Origin: Podarcis vaucheri
Lineage: Eukaryota
DNA length: 64,000 nt
Reading direction: 5' to 3' (one strand)
NCBI GenBank assembly: GCA_965113315.1
Contig: OZ220363.1
The position numbers and the translations under genes were made by a program. The notes beneath the pieces were generated by a model. It ran no database searches, was not told where the DNA came from, and saw only the letters and a program-made list of their open reading frames with translations. Numbering within the stretch: the stretch's first letter is position 1; every line of letters starts with the position of its first letter. Shown piece after piece: positions 13,901-27,100 of this stretch.

Positions 13901-16900
13901 CTCAAAATACGCCATTATTTTGAAATACGTTTGGGATGAAAGGATGGGGAACTTTAAAGGCAGGACATTTTTATGATTATTCTGTTTTAATGGCATTTTA
14001 TGCTTCTTGCATTTGTAAATTTTCTTGAACTGATATCTTATATGAGGGACAATCTATATGTATTTTTTTAAACAAACAAACAGTGGTGTTTGGTCCACAT
14101 ATATAGCTCTATTTTTTCTTTATTTTATTAAATTTATATCGCATCTTTCTTTAGTCATAGAATCTCATGTCATAACTGTTTCCCTTACAAACAATTTGCA
14201 TCAGCTGAGTCTGAAATTCTCTATATGTGTGTAATTGAATGCTATCCAAATGTGTTATTTTATTAAAACAATGCACTATAATTTCCTCATGTTACAGGCA
14301 AAAATGTTACATAGGTCTCCAGATCCAAGATGCATCTATCCCATCATAAACCCAAGATTAGGATGTGAGCATTTCAATAGCAATGTTCTACCCACATCTC
14401 TCCATTGGAAACTATGCTTAAAATTGCTGTTATGGGTGGAGAGTGATGCAACTCAAACCATGGAAACAATATCTGGTGACACCACTTAAGAAAAGCTTCT
14501 CGCATTGTATGTCAGCTGCTGATCATCTCAGCATCAAAACTCTGAAGCAGATTCAAAGACAGATAAAATATAAATGGTCCAGTAAAATACTAAGTCATTG
14601 TAAACAGAACATTGTAGAAAATGTACCTTTTTGGTGTAGAACTTATTCAGTTGTGTCTCCTGGCCATTCCTCCTCCAGAGACAAAGCACTTTTGTTTTGG
14701 GACAGTATGTCATGTTGATGAGCTTCTCATACCACCAGCGTTCGTACACCGTGCCAATGTTACTCCTCAGCACAATACAATCATCGCATACCTGGAGACG
14801 TATATATTATTAGAGAGGAATCGCCATACAACCCAATTAACAGCAATCATTTTGTTAACTTTTAACCTGGTCTCTACCTCCATGAAGAAGATATCCCCGG
14901 TTGTGTCTGTGCCAGCATGTACAACAAATGTTTGCTTCTTGATATGTCTGCTGCCACTGGGTCGGATTTGGAGCTCTCTGCCATTCTAAATAGAAGGAAA
15001 AATCCTATTAAAAACCTTCCACTTTAATCTTTACTTCAGCTTCAGCAAGTCAGATCTCACCCATCTCCTGTACAAAAGTAAAATTGGATTAAAACACTGA
15101 AAAGCACCAAGTATTTTTTCAGTACTAGGGAGCAGTTTTCAGCCCCGTAAGGGGGAGGAATGGGGCAGGTTTATGAGTTTGTACATGCTCCACCAATGTG
15201 CACAATGACCCAGAACAAGACCCCTGTGCAAATGGGGAGTTGTCTATAACTCTGCACCCAAAGTTTTCAGAGTCAGAGGAGAATCTGGCTAGCTTGCACC
15301 CAATTATGTTTTTATAGCATACACTTAACACAATGTATCTACACACCGATAAAAAAAATGTAGCATGCACATGCAGCAACTATGCTTTCTAAAAACATGT
15401 GTATGGTGGGGGAGGCACAGCAAGCAAAAAGAACATGGGAAACCCATCAACTAATTTCTCTTTTAGTAGCACTATCAGAGAAGTAAAGATGGAATTCAGT
15501 GCTGTGCTCTTACAATTGTTCTGTCTGCACAAGCATTGCAGCTTGTCAGGTGGAATGATTCCCCCCTCTCCCCCACAGCTGTTCTGAGGGTTCTCACTGA
15601 ATCTCAGGATATAGCATCTTCAAAAAGCCCCAAAGACACCCACCCTGGAGAAGCAGCCAGCAGCTACAGCAATAAAAAGAGCTGGTTTTCCCCAGAAGCA
15701 GCTGGTTCAGTTCCTTACCCAGGATTGTAACAAAACGACAAGAGATTATGTTGGATAAAAGCAGCAATGCAAAAGCCAGCTCCAGATGGCTGGAATGCAA
15801 AACAGGATGTTGTGGTTTGCAACTGTACTGTTGGCAAAAAGGAGGAGTCTATTCTCTGTACTGAGCACCGGATGTTAGCTCAGAGTGTCATGTGACCTGT
15901 GCTGGAAGTGCAGGGGCGGAGTTGTGACTCTTCTGATGGAGTCTGAAGGGTGCAGTCACGTTTTCTATGTACTGCTGAATGACAGGAATAAAACATGTAA
16001 ATAGGTCTCCTGTCTGTCTCATTTCCCCTCCCTGGGGGAAAGCTGGGAGAGTGAAGCAGAGGGTGTGTTCTCTTCACATCTAAGGGAGGAGAATCGACCT
16101 AGCCCGCCAGGAGTAGCAGACGGAAGGTAAACAAGTATCTAGCTCAATTGCCCGGGGGAGGCCAGTTTACCTCTGACTGTGAGCTGAGATACTGACAGAT
16201 TAAGCCTAGAGAAGCTGCTTACCCATTCAGCTACTAAGGAGGAATTTAGGAAGCAGCAGTTAGTGCCTCTAGTCCAGCAGGAAACTGGCAGACCCCAGCC
16301 CGGGCAACAGAGTGAGAAGGCAGCTTGTAGCAAGAATTTCATTCTACAGCTCTTGAGAGCAACACTATAAAAAGTTCAGAAAGATCTGACCTCTGTGTCT
16401 ACTGTCTTGAATAAAACAGGTGAGGAGTCTGATTCTCTGTCAAGCAAGGTATTGCTGAGTAAATCTATACCATCCAAAGATCTGGGTCCCACTAGCCCTT
16501 GCCATTAAAAAGTACATGAAGAAGGCAAGATATCAGAATGTTTCTATCTGCAGTATTTTAATCTTGTACACAATTTGTGAAATACATTATAAAAGAGGAA
16601 CATAACTCTTTTCAGATTTGTAGCAATCAACACTGCCATCTGAACTGCAGTGAAAGATAATCCTCCTCTCCTATCGAAGGAACAGAGATATAGATACAGA
16701 GGTGGTCAAAGACTTACTATATTGGCAAGTTTGTCGAGTATTTCATTTATTTCTTGACTATGCACTAGGCCAATGTGAGATTTCCCCATCAAACGGCGCA
16801 CTTTCTTCCTAATATCATTCTTGGACACCTACACAGCAAAATACAGCATTTGGTTACTGACATCTCCCTAGGCACTTGCATATATATTTATATTTCAGTA

Positions 16901-18154
16901 CATAGACAAGAACTCATTTGCTGTGTTCCAAAGAGTTTAAACTACCATAGAAACAGGTCAACCAAGAGAAGAAACTGTGTAATAACAAGTAACTGCAGAA
17001 ATCAAGTAACTGGGAAGAAAGAAGTGATCAAATACATCCCATTGACCTAAAAACAAAGCAAAAACAAAGTATGACATGGCATTATTTCTGCAATTAATAT
17101 GGGTTTGCTCTTGCATATTTCTCCCATACCCTACCACAAATCTCACAAAAAATGTGCAAAAATTAAATTAAAATAAGAAAAAATGGCACCTTCAACATAA
17201 GCATGTAGGCTATCATATTGTGAAGAAGCGTAGCCAATAAGCGGTCTTCATCATCTTCTAAACGCTTCCGGTCATGTTCTCCTAGAGACAAATACCTACA
17301 AAAGGAACACACATGTACTTGAGTCTCCGATGGACTTTTAGCCACTAACTGCAAAGAAAGATGCAAAATGTTCTGCATCCTCTTCCTTCTTTTATCTTTT
17401 TTAACGGAATTAAATCTCTCCACCGACCCAGTACCAGATGACCAGAAATTAAACTTAGCCTTAAGTTACATTTCCTTTTATAGGCCCAACATTAAAAGAC
17501 AAGCAAAGGTTCAGGGAGGTCCAAGGTGGTGGGAGGGTTTTTTATTAGTTTTTAGTTTTTGTTCTTGCTTTTATCATGTATTTTGCACTTTTATATTGCA
17601 TTTTATGTTGATATTCATCCAGAGATGTACGGATGAAGGGTGGCATACAAATTTAACTAACCAACTAAATATTTCAAAAGACAGACTTTGTGTATAAAGA
17701 AAATTAAATTTGGAACAAAGTCTGAAATGTTTTATTTATAAAAAAAAGTTAGAAAAAATTGTAATCTGCTTAATAAAAAAACTCTAAGCAGTATACAGTA
17801 CATAAATTAATATAAAGTAATTATTTATTTCAACAAATTTACTCAGAATAAAATCACATCCTGAATTCCCAGAAAGTTGCTAAACTAAATAATGCAGAGG
17901 GAGAGAAAAATTGCAGAGAATTTGTAATTTACCTGTCAATCATCTCTTGAGGCCCCTGATCCATCCCCATTCCTTCTCTTTCCAACATCACAGCATCTAG
18001 GTAAGCATCTTCCCAGAACTGCATATGGTCCCACAGGGTTGATCGCTCTTTGCCTAGATAGCAGAGAATAAATTAATCCAGAAGACCAATAATTTTGCAA
18101 GGAAAAAACAGGAAAAAACCTTTTTCACCACAAGATGTGCCGAGTAATCAACAC

Positions 18155-18193
<39 letters not shown>

Positions 18194-21100
18194 AGTACCG
18201 CCACAGCAAAATCAGTTCTGTTAAAAACACAACTGAGATCACAACAAGCCAGGAGATGCAAGGTTCCCTGTCTTAACTCGCTGTATATATTGCAAACATT
18301 AATGGTCCCATCTTGCTACCTTGCCTAAAGCAGTGCACCAACTTTATTGCGTTCTGTGTTATTGTTTTCCTCTATCAGTATTCACCAAATGAAGAATGCA
18401 GGAACAAGAAAATAACAGTGGAGTGTATAGGAATACATGTGAGAAATCTTTTTAATACACACAGAAAAGCAAAAAGAAGAATTATTACTCATAGAGAAGG
18501 TTTCCATGGCAGCATCCTCTAATTGGTCCCAGACAGATCCTTTATCCCTCCCTTTATAGTTCCAAGCAAGCAGCAACATGGCAGCAAAGAGGAGAAATGA
18601 GACATATAACAAGACTGAGCAACCTTTCTGGAATAATGAGACTCAGGAGAAAAAGTGCAGTGAAAAATATGCTACATATTGCAATTGTGGTCGAAGGCCA
18701 TGCCTCTTCTTATCCACCAATATAATCTGATCTTTAGCATACTGTGTTACGAAACAACTTCCCTGCTCAGGATACCATTTTAAATATATACTTGATTTGA
18801 CAGCATGTACCTAATATGATAAATCTGTAGCCCACTGATTGAATGTGGCCCACACGGCCTTCCCATGCAGGCTTCTGGCCTGAACCCCATCCCCATCCTT
18901 GACCACATTTTCTTTGCTGCTGAGCTATAATCTCTTAGCAGCTAAGCAGGTGGCAGGAGGGAGAAATTCCTGCCACGCAGCATAGAAGCATAGTGAGCTC
19001 CTTCTTCCCTGCTCCCGGGCTGTAACCTTTTATCAACTGGGCAACGAGGGGTCGGGACAGAACCACCATGGACTACATGTACCTCATGCTGGAAACTTTG
19101 AGGGTGATCGCACCCCCCACAAATCAACAACTTTCCACCGCCGCCACCGAATGTCTGGATTTTCATTTCTATTTTAGAGTTTTGTTTTCTTAATTTGGGG
19201 TTCAAAAAAATAGGGGTCGTCTTATACACGGGGGCGTCTTATACACAGAAAAATGTGGTATACTAATGACAAGCACTTCTTATGAAATGTTTTGAAGAAA
19301 ACCATGAGTTTTTAGCTGATGATTTGTCTATGGTATGTTAGAGAATTCAAAACTCATCTATGGAGGTTTCACTTTAGTAGATCAGATTGTTGTTCTTTAA
19401 TTTCTTTTTGTTTAGAAAATACTACGAAGAAGATTAGCATGTTAAGTGCTATTTCACTAAAATGCCTATGCTTTGAACAAATTTGCTTCAAACAAAATAA
19501 ATGCCAACACGTACCCAGAAGACCCTCATAGAGATAAACTCGTAGGCTTGCATCTTCTGGTGCTCTCCCAGGACTGCTGCATTTATTGTCTTTCATGGTC
19601 TGCTTCAAGCTATGAGATTTACCCTTTAAAAAAAAAATTTAAATTCCAGTTTAATCAGGCATGCTCTATTGCTCTGTATTATGTATTCGACTACCAAGAT
19701 TATTCTGCAAGCAATATATATTCCTTGTAAACAGAAAGATAATTCAGAAGGTAAAAAGTGGACAGCAGAAAAAGCTTAAGCCTCCTCTCAAATTCAACTC
19801 AGTTCAAAGATACTTCATTCTCATGATATAACATTTGAGGCCTTTAAGATTTCCAAAGGTCTTTAAGAGGTCTATCACTCTAAGCCAATTTACACTTACA
19901 AGGTCAGTGTGCTTGCCACATATATAATTGAGTTTACAGTGCATGCACACCCTGGAATATATATGCTGGCTCAGAATTGCTGGTACTTCTTCACTAAGGA
20001 TGGACCGTTTCTAATGTGATTGCTTTCCATAAAGTAATAGGTCTTTTACACTACCCACCATCACTACAATAATTCCTAAGCAAAACCAAAGCATGTTCTT
20101 ACAAAGATAGTGCTAGTTGCTGAATTTGTCTCAATCTCACTGTCTGACACGGTGCCTCGTGATCCTGTCAGATTTCCACCGCTTTCTCCACCAAGGCCAT
20201 CACCAGCATTGCTGCTCAAATCACTATCTGCTCCTAATGTCTCCCCAGAGCTGTTGCTCACCTGAAGAGGAAAACAAACTGTTTAAATGGTCAGTCCTTT
20301 ATTCAATATGAGTAGTTAATGTGGAGACAAAGATTTATTAAGAGTGCCACTCCAGAGAAAGCTAAATCTCAATAATTCCTGCATCCCAACCAAACGTAAA
20401 GGGGCAGGTTTCTGCTAACTCACGTTACATTGGGACCCAGCACAGTATACTTTAGAATGCAAAGTGACTATTTGCAGGGCACTGTGTTTAATGTTTTAAT
20501 GCTTTTTTTTTCTTTTTTAGAGCTTCAGTCATTAAAAATAAAAGGCTGGGCCTCAACTTTTAAATTAACATTAGGAAGAAGTCAGATTCACTTTTTTTAA
20601 AGAAAAAGAACACTAATAAATGTCTATTCTTTGGCCCAACAGGACAATTTAAGATAACTGTAGACATTGCCACAATCATTAATTTACAACAACTATTTTC
20701 CGAAAACAAATGTCACAATTTAACAATATAAACACAAAATATGTAAGATTACAAAACAGGAGCAGTGGATAGGATCCCCATACCTACCAGAGCATTTTAT
20801 GTACAATTGGGGGACATGATTAAATGTAAAACTGGAGAAGGATGGAGAGTGTATGCCCTAGAGATGCACTCAGCGCTTCCAATTTACACAGGTGTAGAGT
20901 AAGAAAGTGCATGCAAATGATCAAGCCTGAAAAACACCACTAAAACAAAGCACAAACATTCCACTTCAGCCATGCCCTACCACTGTGCTAACTTCAGAGT
21001 CTTGGCTGGTGCTTCGGATCATAACAGCAGGTCCCACACTTGCCACAGAATCCAAATCACTCTTCTGAAATCATGAACAAAGAAGAAGAAAAATAATGCA

Positions 21101-24100
21101 CATTAGTCATTACTATTTCTGCTTGGAGACTTGGACCACACATTTTATTTGGGCCCAGACTACTAAGGAACTGCAAATCTCATGCCTCATGTTTCTAGCT
21201 TCCCAGAATCAACAACACTGGAACATGTGTTGCTTTCACATAATTATCAATGCTTCCCCAAAGTGAGTACATGCCCCCCCCCCATGAAAACCAGAATCTA
21301 TGGACAAAGACACAAGGAATTCTCACTACCTTCTACCCCCATGTCAATCTCCTTGAGGCATTTCTCAAATAATAAATAAAATGTTCAAGACACTCACATG
21401 AGAGCTGGAAGTTAAGCTCAACCCGCTATCTGCACTGATCTGGGATTTCTTCTCATCTGTCTCCCCGAGATCATGAGAGTGTTTTTTACCTTCTGACCCT
21501 AAAGAGAGGGAAAGTGATATTTCATTACTGTGAACAAGAAAATGAAAGAACCAGAAGGCAAATGATCGCTTTGGTGCATGAGAAGTACCAAGAGGGGGAA
21601 CCAGAGGATCTTCTCCTGTACTCTTGAAATAGCATCAACCAGAAATATAGCCTGGCCTGGCTGGTTGCAGCCACCATTCTGTCCAATACATAAATGCACC
21701 TGAGAAGCAGACCAACTGCCTTAAACAGTCACCCACTGGAGAAAGGAAAAGGGGGAAAGAGACAAAGCAGGCACCAGACAGATTCCAGTTAATACAAGGC
21801 ATGCCAAACGGTCGACACATGACTCTGGAAAGCCACTTCCTTATGTCACAGATACAAGATTGCTTTTGTTGCTGTTTGTTTTTTGGAGAGGGGTAGATCT
21901 TATTGTTGGACACTTGGTACTTAATCTAATATGCTACCATCTACAGCCGAAGTTATTATTTTTCTCATGTTCACCAAGTGACTCATGGTGTGACCATCCA
22001 AACAGTCAGCAATAATAATCTGCATACCAGAAATGAGAGCTTCAAATGGGACATTTTGGGGCAAAATAGCAATATTATACAGTCACTGTAGGGATGTATT
22101 ACATGGCTCTCCAGAGTTTGTAACAACAAAGGTGAAGCAGTGAGTTTCAGCTGCTACGAAGACATGCATTCATCATCCCACCCTATCCATCTAGAAAACA
22201 AATGGTGAAGGGGTTTATGCCATGATCATGCAGCTTAATGTTTTTTTACCCTCCCGTGATGAGATGAAAGACAGAAAGAAAATGGATGAGAGGAGAGACA
22301 GAATTGAGAAGGGTTTGGAAGCTGTGTGCAATGGAAGTAAGGAGGCAGGAGAAGAATACACTGCAGACTACACAGTTCACCATTAAGAGCTCGAAGGGAG
22401 AAGAGACTGAATACAACCCTTCTGCCATAGCCATATCTGCCAACCGTTCCTTAACAGGGACACATGACCAGCAGCTGGAGGATTTTATTTTATTTTATTG
22501 CAGATCTAGGATGTGTACAAATAATGGTGTGTGGCAACTCTATGTACACAATACAGCAGTACCTTACATACCACTAAATATGATGAACTAAGAGTTAGGA
22601 GTGCAAGTGGGATGTATGATGTCTATCACTAGATACTGCCAACATCAGAAAAAGTGAAACAATGTGCAAGAAAGAAAGAAAAATTATATATATGGTGTGC
22701 GTGAAAAAAAGACTATTGGTGTGCATTTTTGAGATGACCATATTATTCATGAAGGTAGAATTGTCAAAAAGATGGGCAGCTTATCCCAAAGGTTGTATGT
22801 ACTAGCCATGGAGTATATTTAAAGAGAGAGTATCATATATAGAACATTCAAAAAAATCAACTGGCATTGGTTTATAAACCTGTCTTTAACATACATTTCT
22901 AGACTATGTTGGTACTTAGATGCCTCTAACTATGATGCTAGAAGTAAACAGAAAGTGGAATCATAAAATTCATTGGACTTGTTTTCAGATTCTGTTCACA
23001 ACTTAGGTACATTAACAACAGATTCTTTTTTTAATAAATACCTTTAATCAGTCAAAAGCATGATTTAAAAAGGTGTTATGAAAACACTGGGTAAAACCTC
23101 AGCGCCTAGAGCTTGCCCATCGCATGGTCGGCGGTTCGAATCCCCGCGGCGGGGTGAGCTCCAGTCTTTCAGTCCCAGCTCCTGCCCACCTAGCAGTTCG
23201 AAAGCACCCCTAAGTGCAAGTAGATAAATAGGTACCGCTTTATAGCGGGAAGGTAAACGGCGTTTCCGTGTGCTGTGCTGGTGCCAGCTCGCCAGAGCAG
23301 CTTCGTCACGCTGGCCACGTGACCCGGAAGTGTCTCCGGACAGCGCTGGCCCCCGGCCTCTTAAGTGAGATGGGCGCACAACCCTAGAGTCGGACACGAC
23401 TGGCCCGTATGGGCAGGGGTACCTTTACCTTTATGAAAACACTAACTGGTTAATTTACGTATTATTCCAATCAATTTAATAAGCACAGAATTTAACTGTG
23501 GATTTTTAATCATACTAAAGATTATGACTGACTGTTATTCACAGTTAAGGACTGTGAATGAATATTCACGGTTCAGGGCACTACTGGAAACAAAGTTATA
23601 CATACAGAGAAGGCAATTCCTTCAAGATGACTTATCTGTAGGGATTGGCCAAAAATATACCTTTGTCAATCATACTCAGAAGTTCCTTTGTATTTCAGTT
23701 AATTGATCACACAACAGAGAGAGTTAGTTAAGTGAGGAGGGGGGGAAACAAACCTTTAATACTTGGTCAGTCTAAGTCAAAAGTCCATAAAGATGGAAAA
23801 TAGCTATTTCTTTAAATAAAAAACCCTACACAAAGTTATATTTGACTTGAATGACTGCATTTCAAAGATTAAGTGACTAAAAGGACATAAGGACCATATT
23901 CTGGAGAACAGGGAACACTTAAATTTCACAGAAATCAAGGGGAGTTAAAGTTCAATTCTATACACATTTGTCTGGAAGTAACTCCTGTGAGACTAATGCC
24001 CGAGTTGATATGCATTGGATTACACCGCACAGCAGTCAAATAACACGATTAAATTATTTGACTTCTCAGCAATCACTGGCCCAATTAATACGTTATTTTT

Positions 24101-27100
24101 GCTGAGCAAGGGTCACTTTTACAGAGTCTAGTTTTAAAACATTCTGCTGTCAGAATGAGGCAAAGGCTTCTCCAAGTCTCTTCTACTTCTTCAGTTAAGT
24201 ATGCAAGTAACTTTTCCACCTAAATACGGAAGATCTCGAAAAACATGGGCACAGACTTCAGAGATCCCCAGTCTATTAGAATAATTGTCTATTACTTATA
24301 AGATGGGATACAGCCTAATAAAAGCATCCTTGAAAGTTTCCCTACTAGCCTGTCTTTTAAAAGGAATACTAAAGAACCAATGACTAAATCTGGCCAGCTT
24401 ACTTTATGAAGCAAACAGGCGTCTTGGTTACATACTTCTATAATGTGAATTAATATCTTCTCTATACAATCCAACGAACTTTATATTCACAGTATTTAAG
24501 TAGTGATACTCTTTTTTGCGTATTCTCAGTGTGTTCTCTAAAGCATTGTAGAATAAGATTTCTATAGATGCTATAAAATAAGCTACTATAGTGGACATTG
24601 GGGTTGCGAACATGATCCGTGTGGGAGGCACGTTCACAACCTGCAACACCGCGTCTGCGCACGCGCGGATCGTGATTTGGTGCTTCTGCACATGCGCCGA
24701 AATCCAGAAGTAACCCGTTCCGGTACTTCCGGGTTTGGTGCGGTGCGCAACCCGAAAACGAGCAACCTGAAGCGTCTGTAACCCAAGGTATGACTGTGTA
24801 CATAAGTTCTTAACCCGAGGTACCACTGTATAGAAACAGATAGAAATACTATACAATGTTGCTTCTGTAGTTAAGTCAGCAATATTTTTTTCAAATATTC
24901 AATAAGCGGCATACTATAGGATAAACTAATGGGACGCGGGTGGCGCTGTGGGTTAAAGCCTCAGCGCCTAGGGCTTGCCGATCGAAAGGTCGGCAGTTCG
25001 AATCCCCGCGGCGGGGTGCGCTCCCGTCGTTCGGTCCCAGCGCCTGCCAACCTAGCAGTTCGAAAGCACCCCCGGGTGCAAGTAGATAAATAGGTACCGC
25101 TTACCAGCGGGAAGGTAAACGGCGTTCCGTGTGCTGCGCTGGCTCGCCAGATGCAGCTTTGTCACGCTGGCCACGTGACCCGGAAGTGTCTCCGGACAGG
25201 GCTGGCCCCCGGCCAATAGATGTGAGATGGGCGCACAAACCCCAGAGTCTGTCAAGACTGGCCCGTTCGGGCAGGGGTACCTTTACCTTTACCTTTATAG
25301 GATAAACTATATGTTACACTGCAGAAATTCAACTGCCTCTCCTTCTTTACAAAGAGCCTGTAGGCACTTTAAATTGGAGAAGGAACATGGGAAGGCTGGT
25401 GGTAGAGTTTCAACCCTTCCCCAACAGCCTATTTTCACCCAAAACTGCAGGGAGCAATCTACTATCACTTTCTACTTTATTCAGGTGCTACTGAAAAGGA
25501 ATCGGACATATATAGCAATATATTTTTTTAAAATCACACACTGTATATTGAAGATACAGTCTGTAAATTTAAGAAGTTGCAATTTAAGAATGTAAGAAAA
25601 TTTGAGAAGGATATTGACAAGCTGAAATGTGTGCAGAGGAGAGGGGCCAAGATGATCAAGGGTCTGGAAATCAAAGCTTATGAGGAACTGTTGAGGGAGT
25701 TGGGTATGTTTAGCCTTGAAAAGAGAAGACTGAGGGGATACAATAGCCATCTTCAAATATTTAAAGGACTGTCACACAGAAGCTGGAGCAAGCTTGTTTA
25801 TGCCTGCTCTGGGGAGTAGAACCTGAACCAATGGGTTCAAGTTAGAAGAAAGAAGATGCCAACTAAACATCAGGAAGAACTTTCCAGCAGTAAGAGATGT
25901 TCAACAATGGAACGGTCTCTCTTGTTGGAGGTTTTTAACCAGTGGCTGGATGGCCATCTCTCATGCATGCTTTAGCTGAGATTCCTTCACTGCAGGGGTG
26001 GAAACAGATGATCCTTGGGGTCACTTCCAAGTCTACAATTCTATGACTCTGTTATTCTAACTATGTGCATTATTAAGCACTATCAGTTTTATGCACTTGA
26101 CGAGAACAACAACAAAAGCAGAATGTTGAAGTGGGGCTTAGCTGGACATTCCACTCTTTCGTCCCAAGGGTGGGAATCAAAGAACAACAACCTAGAAAAC
26201 AATACATCATCCCTGTGGATGGAGAACTTCACATTCCATTTCCCGTCAACCACCATTCTTCATATTATTCCTCAAGGTTACTCCCAACCTCATACAAAAT
26301 AATTAATCATCAAACAATAATTGTGGACCTTTCACATTGGACTTGAACTTTACACTTTATATCTGCTATTGGTTAAGAATTCAGGACGAACATTTCTTTA
26401 CACAGAACACTCCATGATGCATATATTGCAGAAAACGTTGGTTTACCACCAAAGAGGGATTACAATTTCATGGGGGAAAGACTGTCCAAAATTTAATTTA
26501 TAATTCAGTGGTAAGGAAGGATTTGAAACTTGGCTGGAAGAGACTGTATTTTCCCCCTCTCCTCTCCTGATACAAAAAGGGCTATTCAGTGAACCCCAAC
26601 ACTAGATTTCTTTAAGAAATAGTGACCTCCTTTGTCTGCCCTATGGCTCATGTGGCATGGGTGTTCAATCAAAGGCTTAGAGAGTTGGCAGTTATGGGGA
26701 GGCTTGGAGGAGTGTCAAGTTTCTGTCCTTTTATCATATTCTTACTCAGTTTTTCCAAAGCTTTTTGCTTTGACACTTCGTTGTGCTTGTTCCACAATTC
26801 TACTCAAGATGCAATGTAAGCAGGAGAGAAAGACAGAAAAAATGTCAGATGCTGATCAGAGGCGGAAATGGAAAATAAAAATAAAAAATAAGCCACCCAA
26901 TCCTGCACTATCAAAGCAGAAATTAATGATAACTGGCATGTGAATAAATTAATCACATCTTCAGTCAGATCAGGGTAGAGACTTCCATCGCTTTCATTCA
27001 CAAAATTTCAAAAATAATACCTACATATAATTAACTGGCTGAGTAGAACAGCTAAGTGAGACTCACCTACCTGATCTCATTTGCCTTCACAGAAATGACA

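Noticed and set aside
15808-16420. Possible solo LTR
   Set aside because: Composition is suggestive, but I could not define TG...CA ends with a TSD.
18054-18328. Poly-His and poly-Asp ORFs
   Set aside because: Produced by the (CAT)13 repeat.
23661-23685. AAG|GTATAT donor with an upstream pyrimidine tract and CTAAC
   Set aside because: Available acceptors give 25-, 14- or 10-nt units, none frame-preserving; cannot be supported except as a possible poison exon.
24931-25010. tRNA-like A and B boxes
   Set aside because: Head of a tRNA-derived SINE, not a tRNA gene.
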